Origin: Alphaproteobacteria bacterium
GTDB taxonomy: Bacteria > Pseudomonadota > Alphaproteobacteria > Rs-D84
DNA: 64,000 nucleotides
Reading direction: 5' to 3'
Assembly (NCBI GenBank): GCA_031555055.1
Contig: JAVBUT010000002.1
Coordinates: 142,418 to 206,417 of the forward strand
Below the pieces are notes generated by a model that worked only from the letters and a program-made list of their open reading frames with translations, was not told the DNA's origin and made no database searches. Below are positions 9,134 through 18,412 of this stretch, piece after piece (the stretch's first letter is position 1; each line of letters starts with the position of its first letter). The position numbers and the translations under genes are program-made.

Positions 9134-9208
9134 GCGAGTATAGTTCAAAGGCTAGAATGCCAGCCTTCCAAGCTGGAAATGCGGGTTCGAGTCCCGCTAC
9201 TCGCACCA
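9134..9208 (+). tRNA. tRNA-Gly(TCC)
   Basis: Acceptor GCGAGTA/TACTCGC, anticodon arm CCAGC-CT-TCC-AA-GCTGG, T arm GCGGG-TTCGAGT-CCCGC, encoded CCA. Confidence 0.95.
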
Positions 9209-9211
9209 CTG

Positions 9212-9281
9212 ATTTTCGTTAATGACAAGGTCATTTAAGAAAATCGAGTGCCCACCGAAGCCCGCATGGCGAAGGTTGGGC
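9212..9281 (+). repeat. About 70-bp two-hairpin direct repeat, copy 1 (after tRNA-Gly)
   Basis: attttcgttaatgacaaggtcatttaagaaaatcgagtgcccaccgaagcccgcatggcgaaggttgggc; near-identical to 9577-9646. Confidence 0.85.
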
Positions 9282-9311
9282 GGAAACAGCCACTTGGGTG
9301 GCAAAAAGATT

Positions 9312-9398
9312 GGGCGTGCGCCGGAGTTGGAGAGCCGGGGCAGACTGTAAATCTGTTGGCTTATGCCTGAGCTGGTTCGAATCCAGCCACTCCCACCA
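9312..9398 (+). tRNA. tRNA-Tyr(GTA)
   Basis: Anticodon arm GCAGA-CT-GTA-AA-TCTGT, long variable arm, T arm GCTGG-TTCGAAT-CCAGC, encoded CCA. Confidence 0.92.
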
Positions 9399-9403
9399 AA
9401 TAT

Positions 9404-9426
9404 AAACCCGCCTTGTGCGGGTTTTT
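9404..9426 (+). terminator. Intrinsic terminator after tRNA-Tyr
   Basis: aaacccgc cttgt gcgggttttt. Confidence 0.75.
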
Positions 9427-9429
9427 ATT

Positions 9430-9576
9430 TGGTGGTTTGGGTTGGAGAAAGAACCACTGGTTCGAAAATTCGTCAGCAAGGACGAGCAATGCGAAGTCCG
9501 AGCGCAGTGAGCATAGCGAACGAGAATGAATTTGCGCGCCGCCGCAGGCGAGCGAATCCAGCCACTCTCACCACCA
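9430..9576 (+). repeat. tRNA-Tyr 3'-half relic with structured insertion in the T-loop
   Basis: ctggttcga (9457-9465) ... cgaatccagccactctcacca (9553-9573) duplicates the tRNA-Tyr T arm and acceptor end; tggtgg/ccacca termini can pair. Confidence 0.7.
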
Positions 9577-9646
9577 ATTTTCGTTAATGACGAAGTCATT
9601 TAAGAAAATTGAGTGCCCACCGAAGCACGCAGGGCGAAGGTCGGGC
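9577..9646 (+). repeat. About 70-bp two-hairpin direct repeat, copy 2
   Basis: Near-identical to 9212-9281. Confidence 0.85.
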
Positions 9647-9655
9647 AAAAATACA

Positions 9656-9681
9656 AAATACCGGTTTTTACCGGTATTTTT
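9656..9681. terminator. Intrinsic terminator
   Basis: aaaataccggt tttt accggtatttt. Confidence 0.7.
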
Positions 9682-9721
9682 ATTGATCTAATAATTTAAA
9701 TTAGAATATAATAATAACCAA

Positions 9722-9943
9722 ATGATAAAGGTGGATAAAATTACAAAAAAATCAAAGAATGGGTTTCCGTATTTTCGGCTCGGCATTGTGGCGATGATAA
9801 TGGCGCTGGCGGTGCATGGCTATCTGGTCATAAGCACAAGGGATTCTAACCTGGGCATATTGTTAATGCTGTTTTTGTTTTTTTATTCTGTGATGTCGGT
9901 TTTATATTGGTTGTACACAATAATAAAACGAAATAAAAAATAA
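9722..9943 (+). CDS. Small two-TM membrane protein
   Basis: Two hydrophobic segments, basic termini, own terminator. Confidence 0.6.
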   Translation: MIKVDKITKKSKNGFPYFRLGIVAMIMALAVHGYLVISTRDSNLGILLMLFLFFYSVMSVLYWLYTIIKRNKK

Positions 9944-9944
9944 T

Positions 9945-9971
9945 AAAAACCGGCCAATATGCCGGTTTTTT
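9945..9971. terminator. Bidirectional intrinsic terminator
   Basis: aaaaaccggc caatat gccggtttttt between convergent genes. Confidence 0.8.
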
Positions 9972-10015
9972 GTTGGGTGAATATGATTCGCCCCAACGGA
10001 TTATATATCGATTTT

Positions 10016-11647
10016 TTAATTAATCTCTATGCTGTCGATCAATCGGCGATCGATCGAATCCAATGATACCGGTTGAAAGTCGGGGGATTCGAAAACCTCG
10101 CTGTCGTCTTCGGGCAGTATGATAACTTCGTCATAAGCCTGGGCCGATGTCGCGCGCGCCATGTTCGCGCCGAATGTTTTCGAACGGTACTTTGATTTCA
10201 GATGTTCTGGAATCTTTATATAATCCATCGGGTTTATTCCGTCCGATACCAGTGAAATTTCCGACGGGCGCGATATGTCGTTCGGTTGTACGCCGTACAT
10301 CGGGGTCAGAAAATCTTTTGCGGCGCCCCGGACCAATCTGGTTTCGCCATTTCCGCCCAATGCGACCATCTGCAACGCGCGTTCATTGGTTCCGTTCGGA
10401 CGCAGTCTGAACAATCCGTCCAAACCGCGGTATCCCGAAGGGTCCAGCAAATACGACGCATAGGTCTTTTTAGAATGTATCATGCCGATTGCCAGATTCG
10501 CCGCGTCGAAACCAAAGCTGTCCAGGCGCGACGGGGCGCCGCCGGATACCGTTTCATACAGCTTTGCAAAATCAGCCGACTGGGGCGGCAGTGCCGCGAA
10601 TTTCGCACCGGACATCGTCAGATCGTTCAACAATTCCGGCGAATCCCACAAAGCCGTGCCGTAAAATGTCGCATCGCGCGCGGCCACGTCGTAATAGCGC
10701 AGGAATGACGCCAAAGCCTTGGAATCATTGGCATTGCCCAGGAACAGCACCGCGTCAAACGGCGCGTGTCCGATTGTGTCGGATTTTGATATTTTATCCA
10801 GTTGGGTATTGATTGATGATTTTTGTTCCGCGGTCAGTGTTTCCTGGACCAATATGTCCGACAGGATTTCCCGCGCGCGCGTGTTCGCGGCGCTGCGTGC
10901 GCTGAACATGGACGCTTTTTCGGCGGCGGATTTTATAGAATCAGAATTGCCTTCGGTATAATAGAACAGTCCGGACAGCGGAACGTCGTACAGGTTTGCA
11001 CTTTGCACAGCGCCGCCCGCCATCATCTGGCCGGATGATGTTTCCGGTGCCATAATAACAAAACTGGTCGCGCGGTCATTTGCGATTTCGCGAACAATGG
11101 CCTCTACGCTTTGCATGGGCATCAGCGCCATTGTCATAACGCCGTTTCCAACTGCGTTTGCATCCGACGTGAATGACAGGACGGGCAGGTTGTCAGGCTT
11201 CATATCGCGCAACATACGTGCGTCTTCGGCAAATACCGGGCCGATGATAATATCAGGCTGGGACGCCAAGACATTTGTTATTACATCCTGCTTTTGATTG
11301 CGGTTGCCGGTCAGGTCGTGGAATGTTACGGACACGTTTTTATAATTGCGTTGCAGGAACGCCATCTCTACCGATGTTGCAATGCCAGTTCCCAATGACG
11401 AATTCGGCCCCGACATCGGCAGCAATACCGACACGTTCTTTTGATCCGATACCGGCGTGTATGTGTACAGGCCGTCGGTGTTTCCATAAATATCGTATTC
11501 CGGATAATAAAAGGTGCTTTGCATATCAGACGGCCGGCCGGATACCGGAACATCGCCGTATTCGGAGTGCCAGCCATCGCCCCCCGTTGTGCATGCCGCA
11601 ACCAATAGACAAGAGATCAAAGACAACATATAAGATAATTTTTTCAT
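10016..11647 (-). CDS. lpoA: Penicillin-binding protein activator LpoA/LppC-family lipoprotein
   Basis: Lipobox VAAC; VLLPMSG, IIIGPVFA, GFDAANL, GLDGLFRLRPNG..ERAL motifs; divergent from rsmI as is common in proteobacteria. Confidence 0.85.
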   Translation of the reverse strand: MKKLSYMLSLISCLLVAACTTGGDGWHSEYGDVPVSGRPSDMQSTFYYPEYDIYGNTDGLYTYTPVSDQKNVSVLLPMSGPNSSLGTGIATSVEMAFLQRNYKNVSVTFHDLTGNRNQKQDVITNVLASQPDIIIGPVFAEDARMLRDMKPDNLPVLSFTSDANAVGNGVMTMALMPMQSVEAIVREIANDRATSFVIMAPETSSGQMMAGGAVQSANLYDVPLSGLFYYTEGNSDSIKSAAEKASMFSARSAANTRAREILSDILVQETLTAEQKSSINTQLDKISKSDTIGHAPFDAVLFLGNANDSKALASFLRYYDVAARDATFYGTALWDSPELLNDLTMSGAKFAALPPQSADFAKLYETVSGGAPSRLDSFGFDAANLAIGMIHSKKTYASYLLDPSGYRGLDGLFRLRPNGTNERALQMVALGGNGETRLVRGAAKDFLTPMYGVQPNDISRPSEISLVSDGINPMDYIKIPEHLKSKYRSKTFGANMARATSAQAYDEVIILPEDDSEVFESPDFQPVSLDSIDRRLIDSIEIN

Positions 11648-11719
11648 AAACATTGAAAATCCCACATTTTAATAGTATCATCACATTATAATACATATAA
11701 GCCAAATAGCAAAAATAAA

Positions 11720-12544
11720 ATGAAAACGACGAACCATGAATCATTGATTGAAAACCGCAAACCAAGCGGGCTGTACATAGTCGGGACGCCGATCGGAAAT
11801 CTTTCCGATATGTCGCCGCGCGCGGTTGATACTTTAAAGAATGTCGACCTGATCGCGTGCGAGGATACGCGCGTATTCGGAAAACTGGCGGCGCATTTCG
11901 ACATCAAGACAAAAAAGATGTCGTTTCATGAACATAACGAAACCGACGCGGCGGGCGATATTGTGGAAAAAATCCGCAATGGTGCGGCTGTTGCGCTGGT
12001 GTCGGACGCGGGCATGCCGGGGATTTCGGATCCGGGTTTTCGCGCTGTGCGCGAATGCCGTATGCAAAAATTGCCGGTGTTTGTTGTGCCGGGGCCGACC
12101 GCCGCGATGTCGGCGCTGGTGCTGTCTGGCTTTCCGACGGACCGGTTTACATTCTGCGGATTTTTTGACGACAAGAAAATTCAAAACGACAATAAAATTC
12201 GGCATACAATAATATATTACGAATCGCCAATGCGAATCATTGACACGATAAAGCTGCTGGCGCGCATAATGCCAGAGCGGCGCATCGCGATTGTTCGCGA
12301 AATCACAAAAATGTACGAGGAAACAATAATCGGGTATCCGGCGGAATTAATGCACATAGACGGTTTTCGTGGCGAGATTGTGATCGTAATCGAACCGGCG
12401 CCGGATATCAAAATGTCCGACAGTGAAATATCCGAAATCGTAAACGACATTGTGTCTGGGTCTACAAAATCCGGCGCCGCGGATATTGCGGCGCGCACCG
12501 GAATATCAAAGAAGGAGGCCTATAAAAGGCTGTTGAACAAATGA
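11720..12544 (+). CDS. rsmI: 16S rRNA C1402 2'-O-methyltransferase RsmI
   Basis: LYIVGTPIGNLSD, ACEDTR, LVSDAGMPGISDPG, YESP, REITK. Confidence 0.95.
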   Translation: MKTTNHESLIENRKPSGLYIVGTPIGNLSDMSPRAVDTLKNVDLIACEDTRVFGKLAAHFDIKTKKMSFHEHNETDAAGDIVEKIRNGAAVALVSDAGMPGISDPGFRAVRECRMQKLPVFVVPGPTAAMSALVLSGFPTDRFTFCGFFDDKKIQNDNKIRHTIIYYESPMRIIDTIKLLARIMPERRIAIVREITKMYEETIIGYPAELMHIDGFRGEIVIVIEPAPDIKMSDSEISEIVNDIVSGSTKSGAADIAARTGISKKEAYKRLLNK

Positions 12545-13092
12545 TAAAATTCGTCGGGTCTTTTGAAACCGTAAAATCGCTGCCGAAAACGCAGTTCGCG
12601 GAATACGCCTTTATCGGGCGCAGCAACGTTGGAAAATCATCGCTGATCAATGCGATCGCAGGTCAAAAAATCGCGCGCACATCAAACACGCCGGGCCGGA
12701 CCCAGTCGCTGAACCTGTTCAATTTCGGCGACCGTATCATGATTGTCGATCTGCCGGGATACGGCTATGCCAAGGTGTCCAAGGCGGACACGGCAAGGTG
12801 GCTAGAAAGATTGGAAGAGTATCTGATGACGCGGCGCCAGCTGACGCGGCTGTTCGTGCTGGTCGATTCGCGCGTCGGGGTCAAGGAATCCGATCTGGAT
12901 ATAATGTATTTCTGTGACGCGAACGGGATTTCCTATCAACTGGTGTTTACAAAAAAAGATAAAAAAGTTCGCGAGAAAACCCAATGCGAATTATGTGCAG
13001 ACGAACATCCTGCGATGATTGATGAAATTCTGGAAACGTCGGCGGAAAAAAAGCAGGGGATCGACAGGCTGCGCGAAATCATCGGTCTTTAG
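12541..13092 (+). CDS. engB: Ribosome biogenesis GTPase YihA/YsxC
   Basis: GRSNVGKSSLIN, TSNTPGRTQ, DLPGYGYAK, TKKDK. Confidence 0.95.
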   Translation: MIKFVGSFETVKSLPKTQFAEYAFIGRSNVGKSSLINAIAGQKIARTSNTPGRTQSLNLFNFGDRIMIVDLPGYGYAKVSKADTARWLERLEEYLMTRRQLTRLFVLVDSRVGVKESDLDIMYFCDANGISYQLVFTKKDKKVREKTQCELCADEHPAMIDEILETSAEKKQGIDRLREIIGL

Positions 13093-13105
13093 GCAGCGGT
13101 GCAAA

Positions 13106-15598
13106 ATGAAAAAAAACAAAAGTATCTTTTGCGCTTCGAATCCGGCAAAATTGCCGGACGCCTTGTGGGAAGTTATTCGCGACGATATCGGCGCATTATC
13201 CGATCTGATTATATTCCTGCCCAGTCGTCGCGCTGTGCGTACGGTCGAAAAGATGATTGTTGATAAAATCGGCAATGCGGCTGTTTTGCCCAAACTGGTG
13301 GCGCTGGGCGAAGGGGTTGACGATCCGGATATGGAACCGGATATTTCCGGCGATGACATTGTTTCTAATTTTGAACGCGTAATCGTTCTGGCGAAAATGC
13401 TGTCTGGGGACCCGAATGTACGAACAATATCCAATGCATTGCCGCTGGCGTCGGATATGGTGCGCATGCAGGATTATATAGAGAACGAAGGCGCCGGACA
13501 TGTCGACTGGACATCGCTGGTCGATGAAAAATATGCGGCGCATTTCCAGAAAAAAGCCGAATTTCTGACGCTGGCGGATTCTGTATTGCCAAAAATATTT
13601 CCGAATAAAATCACGGTCACGCAAAAGAGAAACGCGGATATTCGCGACTGGATTGATTATTTAAAAAATCATAAATCCAAAGTAATTGTATGCGGATCGA
13701 CCGCCAGTGTTCCGGCGTCGGCCGATCTGATGGCGCATGTCGCGAATATGCCGAACGGATATATAATCTTGCCGGGGAAAATTCCAGGGCATGAGAACGT
13801 GACCGGCGATTGTGACCCGTATGCATCGGAATTAAAATTCTTGGAAAAGATCGGTGCGATGCCGGGCGATATTCGGATTATCGATACAGGTACGTCTGCG
13901 ACTGAATTTCTGAATGCGGCGTTTTCGAACAGTGGCAATTTTGATCCAAAATTACCAGTTCCAAATTCCCAGCTAATCGAGTGCAATCGCGAAAGCGAAG
14001 AAGCGGAATGCGTCGCCGAAATCGCGGCGCGTGCGGTTGATGATAACAAATCCGTTCTGGTCATAACCCCGGACGCGGCCGGAAACCAACGCATAGCGGC
14101 GGCGTTTGCGCGGCGCAATCTGTCTGCGGATTTTTCCGGCGGCGTGTCCGGCGCAATGACGCCGATCGGTCGCGCGATACTGAATTGGATTGATGATTTG
14201 CTGGAAGCAAAGGACAAGAAGCCAGAGATTGACAATTTGTTTGAAACGATTGTATCCGCGATTGAAACAAACTTTGATCTGATGTCGCCGAAATTTGAAA
14301 TCGACGATATCGCCGGAAGTGTTCTGGATGCGATAAAACAGGCGTCCGATGTGATTTCGCGCAATGGTATCGTGCTGAACCTGGCGGATGCGCGTGCTGT
14401 AATTGCAAATGCGATATCGGGCGTATCGGTGCGTCCGCCGATGAACGACAATGCGAAAATATCCGTCTTAGGCACGATCGAATCACGCATGCAGACGGCG
14501 GATGTCGTGATATTGACCGGATTGAATGAAGGGATGTTTCCGTCACGCGGGTACGAGAATGCATGGTTGCCGCGAATGGTTGCGGAAAAAATCGGACTGC
14601 CGCCGGCGGATCGCAAAGTATCGCTGATGGCGATGGACTTTATGAATTTGTCATGCGCACAAAATGTGTATTGGTTGCGATCGCGCACCGCCGGATCAAG
14701 CCAGACGACAGAGAGCAGGTTTTTATCCCGTGTCGCCGTTGCCAATCAGTCAACAGCCAGCAATCAAAGATCAAAAATTTTAGACAATGTTCGCGCGCGC
14801 GACAATGTTCAGTATGATCGCATGGATTATTCGCCACCTGCGCCGCCGGCGGACCAGTCGGATGTCTATGTTACCGAACTGGAATTGCTGATCCATAATC
14901 CGTATGCATTTTATTGCCGGCATATTTTGCGTCTGCGCCCAAAGAATGATTATTGGGCCGAACCGGATGCGCGCGATTTCGGAAACCTGGTGCATAAAGT
15001 AATAGAGGAATCAGGAATCGGGAATCAGAAACTATCAATTGACGGTCTGGTCGAACAATTGGACGAAAAGGCGAAAACGATTTTAGAGCCGGGCAGTGTC
15101 ATCTTTCATTTCTGGCACAAGCGTTTTGTGGAAATCGCGCCGGCGATCGTATCATTATTCCAAGAATCAGGAATCAGGAATCAGAGAATAGAAATAGGAT
15201 TGGATACAATAATCGCAGGGCGCAAGGCCAGGGCGCGCGCGGATATGGTTTATGACAAACTGATTTCTGATTCTTGTAAAACGATACCTGTCGTTCTGGA
15301 TATCAAAACCGGCGCCGCGCCGAACAAGTCCCAGTTAGAGCAGGGCAATATGCCGCAATTACCATTAGAGGCGCATATGATTGGCGCAACCGTCATACAG
15401 TTTCTGCAATTGCAAAACAATAATGTGAAATTAATCGAATATTCCGGCGAACTGGCGCAAAGCATGATCAATGCGTCGCTGGATAAAGTGTCGCAGTTGT
15501 TCGGACGGTATTCCAAAGATTACGAACCGTACGAATATTATGAAACGTCCGATCCAAAGTATCAAGTTTACGACGATTTTGCGCGGGTGGATGACTAA
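13106..15598 (+). CDS. addB: Double-strand break repair protein AddB (PD-(D/E)XK nuclease)
   Basis: IFLPSRRAVR, LGTIESRMQ, VTELELLIHNPYAFY..HIL.L, RADM...DIKTG, PQLPLEA, YDDFARV. Confidence 0.88.
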   Translation: MKKNKSIFCASNPAKLPDALWEVIRDDIGALSDLIIFLPSRRAVRTVEKMIVDKIGNAAVLPKLVALGEGVDDPDMEPDISGDDIVSNFERVIVLAKMLSGDPNVRTISNALPLASDMVRMQDYIENEGAGHVDWTSLVDEKYAAHFQKKAEFLTLADSVLPKIFPNKITVTQKRNADIRDWIDYLKNHKSKVIVCGSTASVPASADLMAHVANMPNGYIILPGKIPGHENVTGDCDPYASELKFLEKIGAMPGDIRIIDTGTSATEFLNAAFSNSGNFDPKLPVPNSQLIECNRESEEAECVAEIAARAVDDNKSVLVITPDAAGNQRIAAAFARRNLSADFSGGVSGAMTPIGRAILNWIDDLLEAKDKKPEIDNLFETIVSAIETNFDLMSPKFEIDDIAGSVLDAIKQASDVISRNGIVLNLADARAVIANAISGVSVRPPMNDNAKISVLGTIESRMQTADVVILTGLNEGMFPSRGYENAWLPRMVAEKIGLPPADRKVSLMAMDFMNLSCAQNVYWLRSRTAGSSQTTESRFLSRVAVANQSTASNQRSKILDNVRARDNVQYDRMDYSPPAPPADQSDVYVTELELLIHNPYAFYCRHILRLRPKNDYWAEPDARDFGNLVHKVIEESGIGNQKLSIDGLVEQLDEKAKTILEPGSVIFHFWHKRFVEIAPAIVSLFQESGIRNQRIEIGLDTIIAGRKARARADMVYDKLISDSCKTIPVVLDIKTGAAPNKSQLEQGNMPQLPLEAHMIGATVIQFLQLQNNNVKLIEYSGELAQSMINASLDKVSQLFGRYSKDYEPYEYYETSDPKYQVYDDFARVDD

Positions 15599-15603
15599 AA
15601 AAC

Positions 15604-15667
15604 ATTAGCGCATATCGTTTGGTGTTTAACAATTATGCTATATATTATACGCTATTCACTATTCGCT
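15604..15667. repeat. Degenerate TAGCGCA/TGCGCTA heptamer array between convergent addB and xth
   Basis: ttagcgcatatcg...tatgcta tatatta tacgcta ttcacta ttcgcta. Confidence 0.6.
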
Positions 15668-15668
15668 A

Positions 15669-16466
15669 TTAACTAATGGTTAATGAAAGTCCTGCGTGGT
15701 CGGTCGGCTTGTCCGCCAGGCGCGGATTCATATCAACCGCGCAATTTTTTACATGCTGTTGGGCGGTATGATTAAGCAGGAAATAATCCAGGCGCAATCC
15801 GTGGTTCTTTTCAACAGACCCGCCGGGCGCTTTTCCGCCGCCGCCTGCGCCACCACGGTATCCGTACCATGTGTATCCGATTCCGTCCGGATCGAATTTG
15901 CGGAACGCGTCCAACCAACCAGCATCCAGCCACTTTTGCATGATCGCACGCGCGGCGGGTGCTGAAATGCTGCTGCCGCGGTATGCCGTCGGATTCCATA
16001 CGTCGCGGTCCGAAATCGCAACGTTAAAGTCGCCGCCCAGGATAACGATTTCCTCGCTGTTCAAATATTGATTAATATGTCGGCCAAAGTGTTCCATCCA
16101 TTCCAGTTTGTATGGGAACTTTGGCGACTGTTCGTTTTCGCCGTTTGGCATGTATGCATTTATAATGCGAACGCGTCCGTCAATCAGGCATTCGATATAG
16201 CGCGCGCTGGGGTCTGGATAGTTTGGCAGACCCATTGTGACGTCTTCAATTGAATGCTTGGAAAATACCGCGACCCCGTTCCAGCTTTTCTGGCCAAAGA
16301 TTTTGACGTTATATCCGTATTCGTCGAACAGATTATGCGGAAAGCACGAATTTTCACATTTCAGTTCCTGGACCAGTATGGTGTCGTATTCGCCGGCGCG
16401 CAGGATGTTTATAAAACTTTCCACGTGTGCGCGAATAGAATTGATATTAAGCGTTAAGATTTTCAT
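15669..16466 (-). CDS. xth: Exodeoxyribonuclease III
   Basis: NINSIR, QELK, NGVA, YMPNG, GDFN, LRLDY, TDH; start set at MKILTLN. Confidence 0.93.
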   Translation of the reverse strand: MKILTLNINSIRAHVESFINILRAGEYDTILVQELKCENSCFPHNLFDEYGYNVKIFGQKSWNGVAVFSKHSIEDVTMGLPNYPDPSARYIECLIDGRVRIINAYMPNGENEQSPKFPYKLEWMEHFGRHINQYLNSEEIVILGGDFNVAISDRDVWNPTAYRGSSISAPAARAIMQKWLDAGWLDAFRKFDPDGIGYTWYGYRGGAGGGGKAPGGSVEKNHGLRLDYFLLNHTAQQHVKNCAVDMNPRLADKPTDHAGLSLTIS

Positions 16467-16503
16467 AGTTTCCATCACCCGCGAAGGCCGGCGTCCCTTG
16501 TAT
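16467..16503 (-). promoter_or_regulatory. CAAGGGA + hairpin leader motif (xth)
   Basis: Minus strand TACAAGGGA-CGCCGGCCTTCGCGGGTG-ATGGAAACT-ATG. Confidence 0.6.
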
Positions 16504-16633
16504 ATATTTGAGTTGCATATGACATTCTAGTGGTTTATAATAATTCTGTCCAATATAAACACAATTAATTTTTTGTGGGTGTTTATGATACTCATCAAAA
16601 TATAACCGATCCCGTGTTAAACGGGCAAAAACG

Positions 16634-16666
16634 CAAGGGACACCCGTATGCGCGGGTGATGATAAA
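16634..16666 (+). promoter_or_regulatory. CAAGGGA + hairpin leader motif (acyl-CoA synthetase)
   Basis: CAAGGGA-CACCCGT ATGC GCGGGTG-ATGATAAA-ATG. Confidence 0.65.
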
Positions 16667-18247
16667 ATGAATATGTATCAGTTATTAGAAAAGACCGCCG
16701 GAAATCATCCGAAGAATCTTTTCCTGGTTCGCGAAGGTGTTGATTACACCAAATTCGTCGAACTGGTTAAAAAACGTGCCGCGACCATGAATGCCGCCGG
16801 TGTTAAAAAGGGCGACGTGATCGGTATTCTGGCGCACAATATCCCGGAATTTCCAATCAGCCTGTTCGCGATATGGTATCTGGGGGCGAAATGCCTGTTG
16901 CTGGACACTAATCTGACGCCTTTTGAATACAACAATATGGCCGAATTGACCGAATGCAAAATGGTTTTTGCAGAAAAGTCATTCTTTTTCAAAACCGACA
17001 AGTTCAAGTTTATGGACATAACCGCCAAAGACGGCGCGGTCAATCCTGATCTGAAACCGGCCGTTGTCGAATCAACGGAAGTCGCGACTTTGTCGTTTAC
17101 ATCCGGATCGACCGGCGTACCAAAGATCGTACCGCTGACGCACTTTAATCTGACGGAATGCGCGAATTCGCTGGAAGACATGGCCCAGTGGATACACACC
17201 GGTGACATTCTGTATGGATTCCTGCCGATGTATCATGTGTTCGGTTTTGCAATCGAAATATTGGCATCGCTGCATTTCGGCGCGGGCGTATTGCTGCAAG
17301 CGACGATCAATCCGAAAGACATCATGGATGACTTTAAGAATTTCCGTCCCCAGATAATCCCGGCCGTGCCGCGCCTGTGGGAAGTATTCCGCAACAAGAT
17401 CATCGATAATATCAAGGCCCAGAAAAAATGGTGGCTGGCGTCGTTTGTTCTGAAATATGGAAACGTTTTAAAGAAAATCGGGTTGGGCGGATTGGTCAAG
17501 AAAGTACAAACACCGGTTCTGGCCGCATTCGGTGGGCGCGCACGTCTGCTGGTTGCCGGTGGCGCCGCGACCAAGCCAGAGGTTGAAACATTCTATGAAC
17601 GTTTGGGCTTGACCTTTATCCAGGGTTACGGATTGACCGAAACAGTTGGACCAATCTGTATATCGAAACCGAACAAGCACAGATTCCCGTTCTCGTTCGG
17701 CGGGCCGATCACAAACAACGAATGCGAAATCCGCGACAAGAACGAAGACGGTGTCGGTGTTCTGTGGGTGCGCGGACACAACGTGTTCGGCGGATACCTG
17801 AACAATCCGGCCGTCAATGCCGAAGTGATCGACGATCGCGGGTTCTTTAATACCGGCGACTTGGTCACGATGGATAAAAATGGCGAGCTGCACTTTGCGG
17901 GCCGTAAAAAGCAGGTCATTGTTTTGGATTCCGGCAAAAACGTTTATCCGGACGAACTGGAAGGTATGTTCATAACAATCCCAGGTGTCAAAAACGTCGC
18001 AGTGTTCGAGCATAAGGTCAAAGGCAAAACAGTATCCTATGCGGTGTTCAGCGTCGATGACAAAATGACAATGGAAGAATTGTCCGCAGCCGTAGCAGTG
18101 GCGAACAAAAAAGTCGCCAGCTATAAATGGGTGACACATTTTGCGATGACGACGGACGATCTGCCACTGACATCTACGCAAAAGGTAAAACATCATGCGG
18201 TTCGTCAGAATCTGATTGATGGAAAATATCCATTACGTAAAGAATAA
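16667..18247 (+). CDS. Long-chain fatty acid--CoA ligase (AMP-binding family)
   Basis: FTSGSTGVPK, LPMYHVFG, QGYGLTET, FNTGDL, GRKK..IVL.SGKNVYP. Confidence 0.9.
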   Translation: MNMYQLLEKTAGNHPKNLFLVREGVDYTKFVELVKKRAATMNAAGVKKGDVIGILAHNIPEFPISLFAIWYLGAKCLLLDTNLTPFEYNNMAELTECKMVFAEKSFFFKTDKFKFMDITAKDGAVNPDLKPAVVESTEVATLSFTSGSTGVPKIVPLTHFNLTECANSLEDMAQWIHTGDILYGFLPMYHVFGFAIEILASLHFGAGVLLQATINPKDIMDDFKNFRPQIIPAVPRLWEVFRNKIIDNIKAQKKWWLASFVLKYGNVLKKIGLGGLVKKVQTPVLAAFGGRARLLVAGGAATKPEVETFYERLGLTFIQGYGLTETVGPICISKPNKHRFPFSFGGPITNNECEIRDKNEDGVGVLWVRGHNVFGGYLNNPAVNAEVIDDRGFFNTGDLVTMDKNGELHFAGRKKQVIVLDSGKNVYPDELEGMFITIPGVKNVAVFEHKVKGKTVSYAVFSVDDKMTMEELSAAVAVANKKVASYKWVTHFAMTTDDLPLTSTQKVKHHAVRQNLIDGKYPLRKE

Positions 18248-18276
18248 GAAACCGGCCGTTTGGCCGGTTTCTTTTT
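18248..18276. terminator. Intrinsic terminator
   Basis: gaaaccggcc gttt ggccggtttc ttttt. Confidence 0.8.
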
Positions 18277-18280
18277 AAAT

Positions 18281-18410
18281 GTAGGGGCGCATATTTGCGC
18301 CCTCTTTATCAACTGGATTGCTTCGCATTCGTTCGCAATGACGGACTTGTTTTTAATAGCTATTAATTAAGGGCGCAAATATGCGCCCCTAGTATCGACT
18401 AATGACTATT
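18281..18410. repeat. Composite palindromic element: inverted GTAG-type REP pair enclosing a GGATTGCTTCG...CGCAATGAC hairpin
   Basis: gtaggggcgcatatttgcgccct ... ctggattgcttcgcattcgttcgcaatgacgg ... agggcgcaaatatgcgcccctag; sister copy at 59185-59313. Confidence 0.85.
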
Positions 18411-18412
18411 CT

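Noticed and set aside
9380-9573. Integrated element at tRNA-Tyr (attL/attR-like duplication)
   Set aside because: Only about 155 bp separate the duplicated ends, with no integrase or cargo; kept as a repeat relic
13019-13105. Longer N-termini in the ORF track (addB 13019, ftsQ 3848, 4707, 23646, 23996, 25841, 33720, 41294, 47715, 49766)
   Set aside because: Extensions overlap neighbours or translate repeat arrays; downstream ATGs have SD/promoter context or family-typical starts
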